Made by a program: the position numbers and the translations under genes
The notes under the pieces: model-generated
What the model was told of the DNA's origin: nothing
The model's database searches: none
Seen by the model: only the letters and a program-made list of their open reading frames with translations
Part shown: one piece after another, positions 10,419-20,330 of the stretch
How positions within the stretch are numbered: position 1 is the stretch's first letter
How the letters are laid out: each line of letters starts with the position of its first letter
NCBI GenBank assembly: GCA_016926735.1
Contig: JAFGOA010000107.1
Coordinates: 1-40,148 of the forward strand
Length of the DNA stretch: 40,148 nt
Origin: Promethearchaeota archaeon
GTDB lineage: Archaea; Asgardarchaeota; Lokiarchaeia; Sigyniarchaeales; SOKP01
Reading direction: 5' to 3'

Positions 10419-10946
10419 ATGAAAAACTTAAAAGCTCTAAATGTTCCATATTTGGATAAACTAGCAAAAGAATGCAATATTAAAGTTAAAGGTAAAAAGG
10501 ATATTAAGATAAAACAGATATTAGACGCTAAAATCCCAGAGAAGAAATTAGAAACATTATTTCAAAAATATTTAACTGAACAAAAAGAGAAAAAAAAAAG
10601 CCCAAATACTAATAGTGCTCGATTAAAAAATATAGAGAATCAAATTCAATTTATTATGTCAAAAATTAGTCAATTAGAAACAATGATATTAGAACATCAA
10701 GGAAATAATCAACAGTTATCTTTCATAAGATTGGATACTTTAAAAAAAAGAATAAAACAAGAGATATCACCAAAAGAAATGATGAGTGTAGATGATTTGC
10801 TTAATGTAATTAAACAAACAGAATATTCAAAGAAAGATATTGAAACAGCTGTAATTGAATTAATTGATGAGGAAGTACTTGATTTTTCAGAAGGAGCTTC
10901 AAAGGAAAAATTAGATGGTAAAATAGGATTACTCATTAGAAGATAA
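10419..10946 (+). CDS. Small coiled-coil protein, possible SAP-like N-terminus and winged-helix C-terminus
   Basis: 175-aa ORF with LDKLAKECNIKVKGKK.I N-terminus; operonic with the next gene. Confidence 0.6.
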   Translation: MKNLKALNVPYLDKLAKECNIKVKGKKDIKIKQILDAKIPEKKLETLFQKYLTEQKEKKKSPNTNSARLKNIENQIQFIMSKISQLETMILEHQGNNQQLSFIRLDTLKKRIKQEISPKEMMSVDDLLNVIKQTEYSKKDIETAVIELIDEEVLDFSEGASKEKLDGKIGLLIRR

Positions 10947-10982
10947 TAATTTAAAGGTGAATAGATAATTTCTACTCAAAAG

Positions 10983-13451
10983 ATGTTAATGTGGCCTTCC
11001 AATAGAGATAAAGATGAAATTGATAGTAAAATATTTGAAAGTAATCTTAATCCATTTGCTATTGCCAGTTATCATCAAAATCAATCAATAAAATCTGATT
11101 TTGTTGGAAGAAAGAAGGAATTATTTGATTTTAAGGAAAAGATCAAAGTGATCTATAAGGAAAAAGTGTGCAGAGCCTTTAGATTAGAAGGTCCCTCTGG
11201 AGTTGGAAAATCTACTCTATTTAATTATTTAAAGGAGGCGATAGAGGAAGAAAGAGCTAGTGAAAATCCTTCTACAAATTATATTCTTAAAAAATGTGAT
11301 ATCTTCTCTACCTATTTTGTAATTGGAAATAAGATTAATAATTTCTCAGATATTTGGCAACCTATGATTAATGGTCTTACACCTGGATTTGAAAAGGAAT
11401 TAAATAAGGATATTTCCTTACCAGAATATATTATATATAATTGTATATATCAAATGTTTTTATTAGATAGAGAATTATTATCTGAAATTATATGGAAGGA
11501 TTATACAGGAGAAAGACCAAAAAATATTTATAATATAGAACTGGTAGATATAATTGAACCATTGAAAAATCGTGGATCAGAAGGAGTCAAAGATCTTCAG
11601 GAATATTATAAAAATTACAAATTAATTCTTAGGAAAAATTTTAAATTTACAATAAATGAGAATTCATATGAATTGAAAAGAGAAGATAATGAAAAAATCC
11701 ATAATCTTTTTCGAGTGATAAATGAGGATGATCCTGATTTTTATTTAGAATCAATATTAAATAGAAAATCAGAAATATTTACCAGCGATAACGATCTAAT
11801 AGACTATTTTAACGATTTAATGCGTTATTATACGTGTTTTACAAAAAAGCAACCTATTTTGTTAATTGGTATTGATGAAATCGCTAAATCGAAATCAGAA
11901 GACAAAGAAGCTTATTATAGTGATCTAGGTTTGATACTTGTAAGACTTAGAGATTTACTTAATTATGTATTATTTGTGTTTATCTCAACTTCAAAAGATT
12001 GGAAATCCTATGATGATGTCATTAAAGATAATACAGATTTAAAGGGGCAATTATCAGACTTTATAGATCCAATGGTTTTAAGTCAATTACCTATTGAAGA
12101 TCTTATTCAAGTCTTCAGAAATAGAATGGTAGGATTTTGGAGGAATTATTCCACACTTCGACCCCCCGGAGCCCCTTATTATCCGTTCTCAGAAAATCTT
12201 TTTGAATATATATATAGGTATTGCAAAAGAAATTTAAGAGATTCTATAGTCTTTCTTCGAAAATTTTGGAATCATTTTAAATTCAACAAATTTATTCCGA
12301 AACTAGAAACTATGTTTGAATGTATGAGAGAGGTATATAAATTTGAATTAAAAACATTAGATCCTTCGAAATTTCAATCATTTGAGTGGAAAATAATTAA
12401 TAATTCTTTTAATAAACCAGGCAGATTTTCATCCAATGGTGATCGTTCCTCTGCTGTGGAGACTGGATTAGAATTAGCTTGGGAATGTCTATGTCACGAA
12501 AGTCCAAGAACAGTTTGGGATGTAAGAAATAATAAGACAATAAGAACATCTAATAGTAAGAAGAGAAGACCTGATGTTCTTGTGGAATTATTAAGCAATC
12601 TAGGATCGGAATATAGGAGGAATATAGAATTTCAAGTAAAGATGTATAAGAAAAATTCTACTGTTGCACATAAAGATATAAAATCATCAATTCAATTGTT
12701 TAATGAGAAATATACAGATTATCTTTATTTTATTATGACGGGTGGAGGTCTTGATTCGAAAGCTGAAGCTCATGTAAAAGAACTTGAGAAAAAATGGACT
12801 AATCGAATTATAAGACCAATATTAAACACAAATCAAGAAAATGCTCTTTATTTTCTAGCTTTATTTGAAGAAATTTCAGGAAAAAAGTTAGGAGCGAATA
12901 TAAAACATGATATTAAATTAGTTAAAGACATGCTTACAATCATCTTAGGACAAAATGTTGATATTTTTCTAAATAAAATTAAAAATTTACCACATCGAGA
13001 GATTGAAATTGAAGTTATTGAAGATGAAGAATCTGAAGGACAAAAAGTTAAACATAAAGATCAAACAAAATTAAGTGATTTTGAAAAAGAAGATATACAA
13101 AAAAAAGAAAAGAAAATAGAACAATCACAAAGTAGAGAAGAAAAAATACCTTTGAGAACATGGTTAAAAGATTATCCACAATTTAGTTCCTATCGAAATG
13201 AATTGTGTTTTTTATGTCTTTACTTTAAGGATAAAAAAAGAGAAACTGGTGCTGATCAATTTAAATTCTACCCTCCAACCATAATAAGTTATATTATGAA
13301 AGATGTTTCACTCGATAAAAATATATTTGATGGATTAGTTAAATTTATGAGAATAAATGGATTTATTATTAATGAGGCCAAATCCTTTAGAATGACTGAG
13401 AACGGAAGAGAATTATATAAAAAGATAAAAGCAGATAATTATCAATGTTAA
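10983..13451 (+). CDS. AAA+/P-loop ATPase fused to a PD-(D/E)xK nuclease domain
   Basis: FVGRKKEL, GPSGVGKST, LLIGIDE; C-terminal RRPDVLV...IEFQVK; possible terminal winged helix. Confidence 0.75.
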   Translation: MLMWPSNRDKDEIDSKIFESNLNPFAIASYHQNQSIKSDFVGRKKELFDFKEKIKVIYKEKVCRAFRLEGPSGVGKSTLFNYLKEAIEEERASENPSTNYILKKCDIFSTYFVIGNKINNFSDIWQPMINGLTPGFEKELNKDISLPEYIIYNCIYQMFLLDRELLSEIIWKDYTGERPKNIYNIELVDIIEPLKNRGSEGVKDLQEYYKNYKLILRKNFKFTINENSYELKREDNEKIHNLFRVINEDDPDFYLESILNRKSEIFTSDNDLIDYFNDLMRYYTCFTKKQPILLIGIDEIAKSKSEDKEAYYSDLGLILVRLRDLLNYVLFVFISTSKDWKSYDDVIKDNTDLKGQLSDFIDPMVLSQLPIEDLIQVFRNRMVGFWRNYSTLRPPGAPYYPFSENLFEYIYRYCKRNLRDSIVFLRKFWNHFKFNKFIPKLETMFECMREVYKFELKTLDPSKFQSFEWKIINNSFNKPGRFSSNGDRSSAVETGLELAWECLCHESPRTVWDVRNNKTIRTSNSKKRRPDVLVELLSNLGSEYRRNIEFQVKMYKKNSTVAHKDIKSSIQLFNEKYTDYLYFIMTGGGLDSKAEAHVKELEKKWTNRIIRPILNTNQENALYFLALFEEISGKKLGANIKHDIKLVKDMLTIILGQNVDIFLNKIKNLPHREIEIEVIEDEESEGQKVKHKDQTKLSDFEKEDIQKKEKKIEQSQSREEKIPLRTWLKDYPQFSSYRNELCFLCLYFKDKKRETGADQFKFYPPTIISYIMKDVSLDKNIFDGLVKFMRINGFIINEAKSFRMTENGRELYKKIKADNYQC

Positions 13452-13646
13452 ATTTGTTAATAAAATAAAAAATATTAGGAGAAAGAATCTTATGATGAGA
13501 ATCTCAATTTAAAATAGAAAAGATTAAAAAAAGAGGTGTAAATAAGAATTGGAAGTAAAAGAAATAATTTTTCTATTTTTTTTTCAATAAAATAATTCTC
13601 CATAAAAAACTGGGAAAAATCAAAATTAGATACTTAAGCCAATCAT

Positions 13647-13660
13647 CTTGAAATAACTGC
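13647..13660 (+). repeat. Boundary site, degenerate type A
   Basis: AATCAT-CTTGAAATAACTGC between convergent genes. Confidence 0.65.
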
Positions 13661-13733
13661 TTTTTTTTAAAATACGTGATAAATAATGATTATTTTTTTC
13701 CTCAAATATTTTTTTAAATACTTTCTGATTTGA

Positions 13734-14825
13734 TTATACGGGTAATTTACATTTACCTTCTATGTTATTTATGCTTTTCATATATTCATTAATACCTTGC
13801 TTAAAAGAAATAGTTGGAGTAAAATTTAATTTACTCTTAATTTTTGATATATCTGCAAAAGAGTGTCTTATATCCCCTAATCTATATTCATTAGTATAAT
13901 TTGGATTAACTTTATCATTAAAATATTGTGTTAATGTCTCTGCTACATCTCGAATTGTTATTCTATAACCAGAACCTACATTAAAGATTTCATTACTTCC
14001 CGTTTTTTTTTCCATACTAAGAATTAAGCTATTACATACATCCCTAATATTAATAAAATCACGACTTTGATAACCATCTTCGTATACAATAGGATTTTTT
14101 CCTCTTAATAATTTATTACAAAAAATAGATGCGACACCCGTATAGGGACTATAAAAGTTTAGATCAACTCCATATACTAAAAATAATCTTAATATAGTTA
14201 TATCAATACCATAAGTCTTTCCAATCATTAAAGACATTTGTTCTTGTATTTGTTTTGTTAAAGCATAAATAGAACTTGGATTTGTTGGATCATCTTCTTT
14301 TAATGCTTCTGGAATCAACGTATTTTTACAATTAGGACATTTAATCTCCCATTGTTTTTTTTTTAATTGGTCTTTAGATCTTAATTGAGGATAGACAATA
14401 CCACAATTATCACATATATATTTACCTTCTCCATATACGGTGTTGGATGATGTAATTATAACTTTTTCGATATTATTATCACAATTTACTAAAATATCCA
14501 TCAAATTTGCGGTTGATAGAACATTGTTTTGGAAAAATGAGCTAATTCTATACATTGATTGTGGAATTCCTAAGATTGCTGCCATATGGTAAATTATTTC
14601 ATTTTCTTGAATTAATTCTTTAAATATTTTATAATCACATGCAGAAGCATGCACAAATTTTACATTTTTATTTAGAGATTCTATATCAATGCTTTTTTTT
14701 CTATGAATATCCTTGTATAAACAGTCTAATATCGTAATTTCATGTTTATTCTCATTTACTAATTTATTGACTAAATTTGACCCTATAAAACCAGATCCCC
14801 CGGTAACCAAAATTTTTTTACTCAT
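13734..14825 (-). CDS. NAD-dependent epimerase/dehydratase (extended SDR) with CxxC insert
   Basis: VTGGSGFIG, SSNTVYG, YALTK catalytic motif, RDFINIRDV; CDNC/CPNC insert. Confidence 0.92.
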   Translation of the reverse strand: MSKKILVTGGSGFIGSNLVNKLVNENKHEITILDCLYKDIHRKKSIDIESLNKNVKFVHASACDYKIFKELIQENEIIYHMAAILGIPQSMYRISSFFQNNVLSTANLMDILVNCDNNIEKVIITSSNTVYGEGKYICDNCGIVYPQLRSKDQLKKKQWEIKCPNCKNTLIPEALKEDDPTNPSSIYALTKQIQEQMSLMIGKTYGIDITILRLFLVYGVDLNFYSPYTGVASIFCNKLLRGKNPIVYEDGYQSRDFINIRDVCNSLILSMEKKTGSNEIFNVGSGYRITIRDVAETLTQYFNDKVNPNYTNEYRLGDIRHSFADISKIKSKLNFTPTISFKQGINEYMKSINNIEGKCKLPV

Positions 14826-14852
14826 TTTATTATACCATTTGTTTTTTTTTAA

Positions 14853-16592
14853 TTATTTTGTTTTCTGTGCTAGAATTAAAGAGATTAATTGATTTGTATT
14901 CTGATAATTTACTATCTTAAATCCTGCTTTATTAAGCAAAAAACTATATTCACTAAAAGTCCTTTCTTTACCCCCTACACATACTAATAAATTAAAATTT
15001 AAAGTAATTCCTATATCTTTATCTGAATTCTCTGGAACAATTGTCTCAAAAATGAGAAGATGACCATTTTTTTCAAGAGAATTATGTATATTCTTAAATA
15101 ATATTAAGATTTTATTATCATCCCAATCATGCATAACTCTACTAAGGATTATAGTATCAGCTTTAATAGGGATATCTTCAAAAAAATTGCCTCCGCAGAA
15201 TTTTATTTTTTTTTGTATTTTTTTTTGTTTTGAATATTTATTAGCATTTCTTATTACATTAGGTAAATCAAATACAATAGCTTCTTTGATGTTCGAATAC
15301 TTTTCTAAAATTTTACTTACTAATTGCCCATACCCTCCCCCAAGATCTAATATAATCTCAGATTTATTAAAATCATACAAATCAATAATATCATTATAAT
15401 CTAAACTATACTCAGACATTGCTTTTCCATAAATATCTCCTTTCTCAACATTTTCCTCATGGTATTGAAAGAAATCTTTCTTGTATATCTTTTTAAATTG
15501 AGGTTTGTACTGTTTCAATGCTTTTGTTAATTCTGCCATAGCAAAATAATGTTCATTTCCCCACATTAAAGCAGCATATTTTAAGCTTTCTTCATGATCT
15601 TCTGTTAATAATAGTCCCAAAGGCTTTAAATAATATTTTTGATTTTTTTCTGCAATAAAATCCCATAATTTTAATACTTTTATAATCATCATTAATGATT
15701 TAGATGGTAATTCAGTCTTATCTAATAACTCTTGAAAATTATCATATCCTGTATTAATTAGATCTAATATTTCTAATTCAACTATCGAATGTATTATTTG
15801 AGTTTTCCAATATCCAATCAGCATATTCATTAACTTATTTCTGTCATTTTCTTTATTTTTTAATGAATTTTTATAAATTTCGTGAATAGTCTCTCCAGAT
15901 TTATTAATTATTATTTTGCTATTATCTTTTTTTAAGACTAGAGAATTATCATTATAGTATGGCTCAATATTTTTGAACCTTTTTTGGTATATTGATTTTC
16001 CTTTTTTATTTACATGGAAATAACCTTTACTATCCTTAGCTATAGCACATTCCTTATGATAGAGGTTTAAATATTCATATTTTTGATTATGAAAAAAAGA
16101 TCCATTTTCTGTAATGTGGTGTGCTTTACCATCTTTAGTATAAACAACCGCGATACCATGTTTGAAATCACCTACATACAGATATTTTCGATCATACACT
16201 GAATTACCCATTGTATCAATATGGTAATAGAATCCTTCAAAATTTCTTACTGGACATTTTTTTTCTTGATAATTTCCCACCCAATCATATCTTTTATTAT
16301 ATATCTGTTTTCCATTTATATCAATATGATAAAAACCAGATTCATCTATGACCGCAGCTATGTTTTCATAATATCCAAATGTTTTAATAAATTTATGATC
16401 ATATGTTGGAATCCCCTTAATATTAATGTGATAAGCTCCTAATTCATCTTCAACTGCAGCTATGCCAGGTATGTGAAAACTCATAACATTTTTGAATCTT
16501 TTCTTATATAAGGGTTGATTTTTATAAAGATGATGGGTTCCATCATATGAAATACTTATTTCATCTAATTTAATTGAATTAAAATAGCTCAT
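14853..16592 (-). CDS. WG/KWG-like repeat domain fused to class I O-methyltransferase
   Basis: N-terminal repeats (G.YHI..G..Y..Y..VG.F..G.A.V); C-terminal LDLGGGYG, FDLPNV, GNFFE, SRVMHDW, GKERT. Confidence 0.85.
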   Translation of the reverse strand: MSYFNSIKLDEISISYDGTHHLYKNQPLYKKRFKNVMSFHIPGIAAVEDELGAYHINIKGIPTYDHKFIKTFGYYENIAAVIDESGFYHIDINGKQIYNKRYDWVGNYQEKKCPVRNFEGFYYHIDTMGNSVYDRKYLYVGDFKHGIAVVYTKDGKAHHITENGSFFHNQKYEYLNLYHKECAIAKDSKGYFHVNKKGKSIYQKRFKNIEPYYNDNSLVLKKDNSKIIINKSGETIHEIYKNSLKNKENDRNKLMNMLIGYWKTQIIHSIVELEILDLINTGYDNFQELLDKTELPSKSLMMIIKVLKLWDFIAEKNQKYYLKPLGLLLTEDHEESLKYAALMWGNEHYFAMAELTKALKQYKPQFKKIYKKDFFQYHEENVEKGDIYGKAMSEYSLDYNDIIDLYDFNKSEIILDLGGGYGQLVSKILEKYSNIKEAIVFDLPNVIRNANKYSKQKKIQKKIKFCGGNFFEDIPIKADTIILSRVMHDWDDNKILILFKNIHNSLEKNGHLLIFETIVPENSDKDIGITLNFNLLVCVGGKERTFSEYSFLLNKAGFKIVNYQNTNQLISLILAQKTK

Positions 16593-16596
16593 TTAT

Positions 16597-17622
16597 TCAC
16601 CTTTTAAATTTGTTTTTTGGTTTTTTCATATTACAAATTTGGCAAACTTGATATTTGTTCCAATTCTTTACTAAAGATTGATATATTTCACTATTCCATA
16701 AATCAATTATATTATGTTCTAAAACATTACCAAATTCACCCAGAGTTCGTCTTAAATTATCAGGTGCGCAGCATACATTAAATGTTCCATCAAAAGCAAT
16801 CCACCCTTCTTTACCAAGAAAAGGACAGGCCCAATCTTTTGATCTTTTTTTTAATGATAATTCGAGAAAATTTTCTAGAAAAATTTGCTTACCATTTTCC
16901 AGAGGATTATTTTTAACATACTCTATAATTTTTTCCACATGTTTATTCCATCTATTTATAGAATCATTATTACGTCGTAATGATTCTTTTTGTAATTCAG
17001 GATGAGTTATCCATAGATGGTGTCCTTTAACTCGATCTATATTATGATTAATCGCTAATTTTATAATGTTTATGAGTTCTTTTAAATTTTGTTCCATAAA
17101 AGTGATTTGAAAAGTGATAGAAGGATAATTGATCTGGTTTTTAATTATTATATCTCGCATTTTGATGAGAATATCAATATCATTTAAAAATTTTTTAAAA
17201 TTCATTCCAATCATTATATTTTCAGCGATTTCTTTAGTAGCACCATTAATAGAAATTTTAATATCACTAACAATAGGTAAAATTAATTTTGCCCATTTTT
17301 CTACACCTAATCCAGGGAAAGTACCATTTGTTGTGATATTAAGCTTTAAATAATTCTCTTTTGTTAATCTAATAAGATCTTCCATATAAGGATATAAAAG
17401 TGGTTCTCCCATTGTAGAAGGAATAATCTCTCTCAAACCGTATTCTTTAGCTTCTCTCACTACTTTTTTTATGATCTGAAAATCCATTAGACGATTTTTT
17501 TTCTTATTATGTTTTGTATAAATACTATGTTCTTCACACATTACACAGTTAAGATTGCATAAATCGGGATTAGTATCAAATGTTAACCTCCAAGGACCCA
17601 TCTGGGAAACTTTAGAATCCAA
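16597..17622 (-). CDS. Radical SAM protein with SPASM/twitch domain
   Basis: CNLNCVMC motif, GEPLL, ITTNG; C-terminal CPF...DGTFNVCC...GN...W....C..C. Confidence 0.9.
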   Translation of the reverse strand: MDSKVSQMGPWRLTFDTNPDLCNLNCVMCEEHSIYTKHNKKKNRLMDFQIIKKVVREAKEYGLREIIPSTMGEPLLYPYMEDLIRLTKENYLKLNITTNGTFPGLGVEKWAKLILPIVSDIKISINGATKEIAENIMIGMNFKKFLNDIDILIKMRDIIIKNQINYPSITFQITFMEQNLKELINIIKLAINHNIDRVKGHHLWITHPELQKESLRRNNDSINRWNKHVEKIIEYVKNNPLENGKQIFLENFLELSLKKRSKDWACPFLGKEGWIAFDGTFNVCCAPDNLRRTLGEFGNVLEHNIIDLWNSEIYQSLVKNWNKYQVCQICNMKKPKNKFKR

Positions 17623-17627
17623 TAGTT

Positions 17628-18869
17628 CTATCCCTCCTTTGAAATGATTTGCTGGTATAAAAGCATAATATCTTCAGCATCTTGACTAATAGAACGAACA
17701 TATGTTTTATAAGAGGATAATTGCTCAATAAGTTTTGAATTATTTATCAAAAGTTCTAATTTATCTTTAAGATCATCTTTATTCCCTATTTCGAATAATA
17801 ATCCATTCTTTTTATCTTGTATTAATTCTGACATTCCTCCAATATTAGAAGTAATAACAGGTATTTTAGAAAGAAACGCTTCATGAATTACGAGAGGAGA
17901 ATTTTCATACCAAAGGGAAGGAACGATTAAGATATCAATTTGAGAGAAAATATTTGCAATTTCATTATAATCAAACCCTCCATAAAAGGTAATACTTTTG
18001 TTTTTACATTGTTCTTTTAGATATGCATATGATTTAGGGAGTGTTCCAAATATTTTTAATTCCGATTTTGAATGATCTATTTCATTAAAAGCATCAATTA
18101 AAATCTTAATTCCTTTAATAGGGATAATTCGTCCTACAAATCCAAACCTTATTTTAGATGATTTCTTTTTTTTATTATTTTCAAATAATTTTGTATCAAA
18201 ACCATAATCCAAATATTTTATTTTATTTTCTGGAATTCCATATTCTATATATTTCTCTCTTAAAAAATTCGATGGTGCGATGAAGATATCAATTAGATGA
18301 TTAATTTCATTAATCTTTTTTATCCACATAGCAATTTCTTTTCTTGACTCATCAGTAGAGAGAAAATATTTTTTATTACATTCAATACAATTTTCTAAAT
18401 TTGGACCATCGCATAATGTCGAGTTTTCACTTACTAATTGTCCCCTAATACACATCATCCAATAATCATGTAGTGTAAAGATAACTGGAATATTGTATTT
18501 TTTTGCCACAGATACAATTGTGACTGTGAGGTGACTTAAATGTCCTATATGAACAATATCTGGGTGGATTTCAAGAAGGTAATGCTCAAAAATTTGCTCC
18601 ATCTTCTTATCGATATATTTACTTCTAAAAGTATAATCTCTGTTTGGTTTATTTACTCGTATAATTCTAATATTATTTTCATAACTCTCAGAAATTTCAT
18701 ATTGATTTTGAAAGTCATTTTCAACACGAGTAAAGATTGAAATTTCACATTTTTTTGATAATTCATTGCATAAATTAAAGCTATAGATTTCTGAACCTGC
18801 CAAATAATAGGGAGGATAGCCATGAATAACTTTTAGTATCTTTAATTGCTTATTTCTTTTACTCAACAT
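17628..18869 (-). CDS. Glycosyltransferase family 4
   Basis: HGYPP..AGSE, TLHDYW..C, GRIIPIKG, PSLWYENSPLVIHEA, SNIGGMSE. Confidence 0.92.
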   Translation of the reverse strand: MLSKRNKQLKILKVIHGYPPYYLAGSEIYSFNLCNELSKKCEISIFTRVENDFQNQYEISESYENNIRIIRVNKPNRDYTFRSKYIDKKMEQIFEHYLLEIHPDIVHIGHLSHLTVTIVSVAKKYNIPVIFTLHDYWMMCIRGQLVSENSTLCDGPNLENCIECNKKYFLSTDESRKEIAMWIKKINEINHLIDIFIAPSNFLREKYIEYGIPENKIKYLDYGFDTKLFENNKKKKSSKIRFGFVGRIIPIKGIKILIDAFNEIDHSKSELKIFGTLPKSYAYLKEQCKNKSITFYGGFDYNEIANIFSQIDILIVPSLWYENSPLVIHEAFLSKIPVITSNIGGMSELIQDKKNGLLFEIGNKDDLKDKLELLINNSKLIEQLSSYKTYVRSISQDAEDIMLLYQQIISKEG

Positions 18870-18889
18870 ATCACCTTAATATTAAAAAT

Positions 18890-18915
18890 AAAAAAAAAAA
18901 TACCTCCAGAGAGGT
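18890..18915 (-). terminator. Hairpin plus poly-T between peptide gene and GT4
   Basis: Minus strand reads ACCTC-TCTG-GAGGT, then A and a run of more than 10 T. Confidence 0.5.
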
Positions 18916-18946
18916 TTTATAAAATAATTTATGTATATTTTAATCA

Positions 18947-19072
18947 TTATTTTCCTTTTGTTTTAGAATTATTTGGATTTTTTTGATTTGATCTATTATT
19001 TCTTGCTGCTTTATGTGCAGGATTATTTGGATTTTTTGTATTGGATCTACTATTATTACTCTTTTTACCCAC
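18947..19072 (-). CDS. 41-aa Asn/Lys-rich repeat peptide, candidate precursor peptide
   Basis: GGAGGTGA SD at 19080-19087, GTG start; MGKKSNNSRSNTKNPNNPAHKAARNNRSNQKNPNNSKTKGK with duplicated RSNxKNPNN. Confidence 0.8.
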   Translation of the reverse strand: MGKKSNNSRSNTKNPNNPAHKAARNNRSNQKNPNNSKTKGK

Positions 19073-19535
19073 TTTCTTATCACCTCCTTTTTAGTATTCT
19101 GAATTGATTTCAAGGTCTTAAAAATCGCTTCACCATTAAGAAAATTCCCCTATCTTTAAGAAACCGGGTTTTAATAAGTCTCTGGAAAATCCAAGATATA
19201 GGAATATTTCTGTGTAATTTGGTAATAGAATTTAAAAAAAGTGGATGATTATCTATAAAATAAGAGTAATCTATAAGTTGTAATCCTACAAGCTTTTGTT
19301 TCTTTATATTTAACACTTTTAGTAATTCCCTCCGAGCAAAATCAATCGAAGAATTTCGATTTGGAATCAGGGTTAATTCCACTAGGAAAAGCTCTTTTTA
19401 ATTATGATTAAATATTATTTTATAGTATTTAAATATTACATCCTATATTGAAAAAAAAAGAATTTAGTTAAAGAATCATGTATGAAAAAAACCCATGATA
19501 TAAATCTAGAACATTTATTTAAAAATTTATTTTGT

Positions 19536-20141
19536 TTATATAATACATTCCTCAGCTTTCAATTGAAGAATACAATCTGATTCAATTATCTCATTTTCCC
19601 TTGCTACTTCATTGATCAACCATAATTCAGAGAAAATATTATCATTAGCTTTATTTTGATTATTCTCAGGCAAGCGTAATTTACAAGAGTGGAGATCATC
19701 CAATATCCCATATACAAAATTATTTGAAATAATAGCCCAAAAGTTATTGATTTTTAATAATTTAAAATATTCCTGTGGTTGATATTGTTTACATTTATAC
19801 TTAAAATGAAACACTTTCTTATCATTTATGTAAATTGGCATCCCACAATACATGCAATGCTTCAAATATCCTTGAACTTTAAGATATCTTGGTTCTTCTA
19901 ATAAATAATAAATAAATTTAGTATACCCATATCTAACTAAATACCCATAACTACTATGGAATTTGAAAATTTTCTTATTATTTTTAGAAATTTTATTCAA
20001 TTGATATCTAACTTTAGAACGTGTCCATTCATCTCTATTATAATAACTTTTTTGGCAAAAAAAATCAGATCTTAGGTAATCTAATATTTCTATTGTCGCA
20101 AATGGTCCCAATTCAATTAAAATTGATTCGATTATAGTCAT
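19536..20141 (-). CDS. Hypothetical protein, possible winged helix plus Zn-binding motif
   Basis: 201-aa ORF with CMYCG...H....C. Confidence 0.6.
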   Translation of the reverse strand: MTIIESILIELGPFATIEILDYLRSDFFCQKSYYNRDEWTRSKVRYQLNKISKNNKKIFKFHSSYGYLVRYGYTKFIYYLLEEPRYLKVQGYLKHCMYCGMPIYINDKKVFHFKYKCKQYQPQEYFKLLKINNFWAIISNNFVYGILDDLHSCKLRLPENNQNKANDNIFSELWLINEVARENEIIESDCILQLKAEECII

Positions 20142-20330
20142 AATATGAATTTTTTCGAATTTTTAATAAACTAATGAGTATTGGAAGAGATGAGTGGCGT
20201 AATCTTATTGATTATTTATTTGAACATAGATATAAAGTAGAATATGAAAATTAAGCTCAAAAAATAATCCTTAGTTATATTCCAAATGAACTAATTTGGA
20301 TAGAAGAAAAATAAATATATCTTATTATTT

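Noticed and set aside
19110-19382. 90-aa ORF upstream of the peptide gene
   Set aside because: No SD or motif; more plausibly leader sequence, though not excluded.
20278-20302. TCCAAA...TTTGGA palindrome
   Set aside because: Single short dyad unrelated to the boundary motif; no convincing site found between 13.7 and 21.5 kb.
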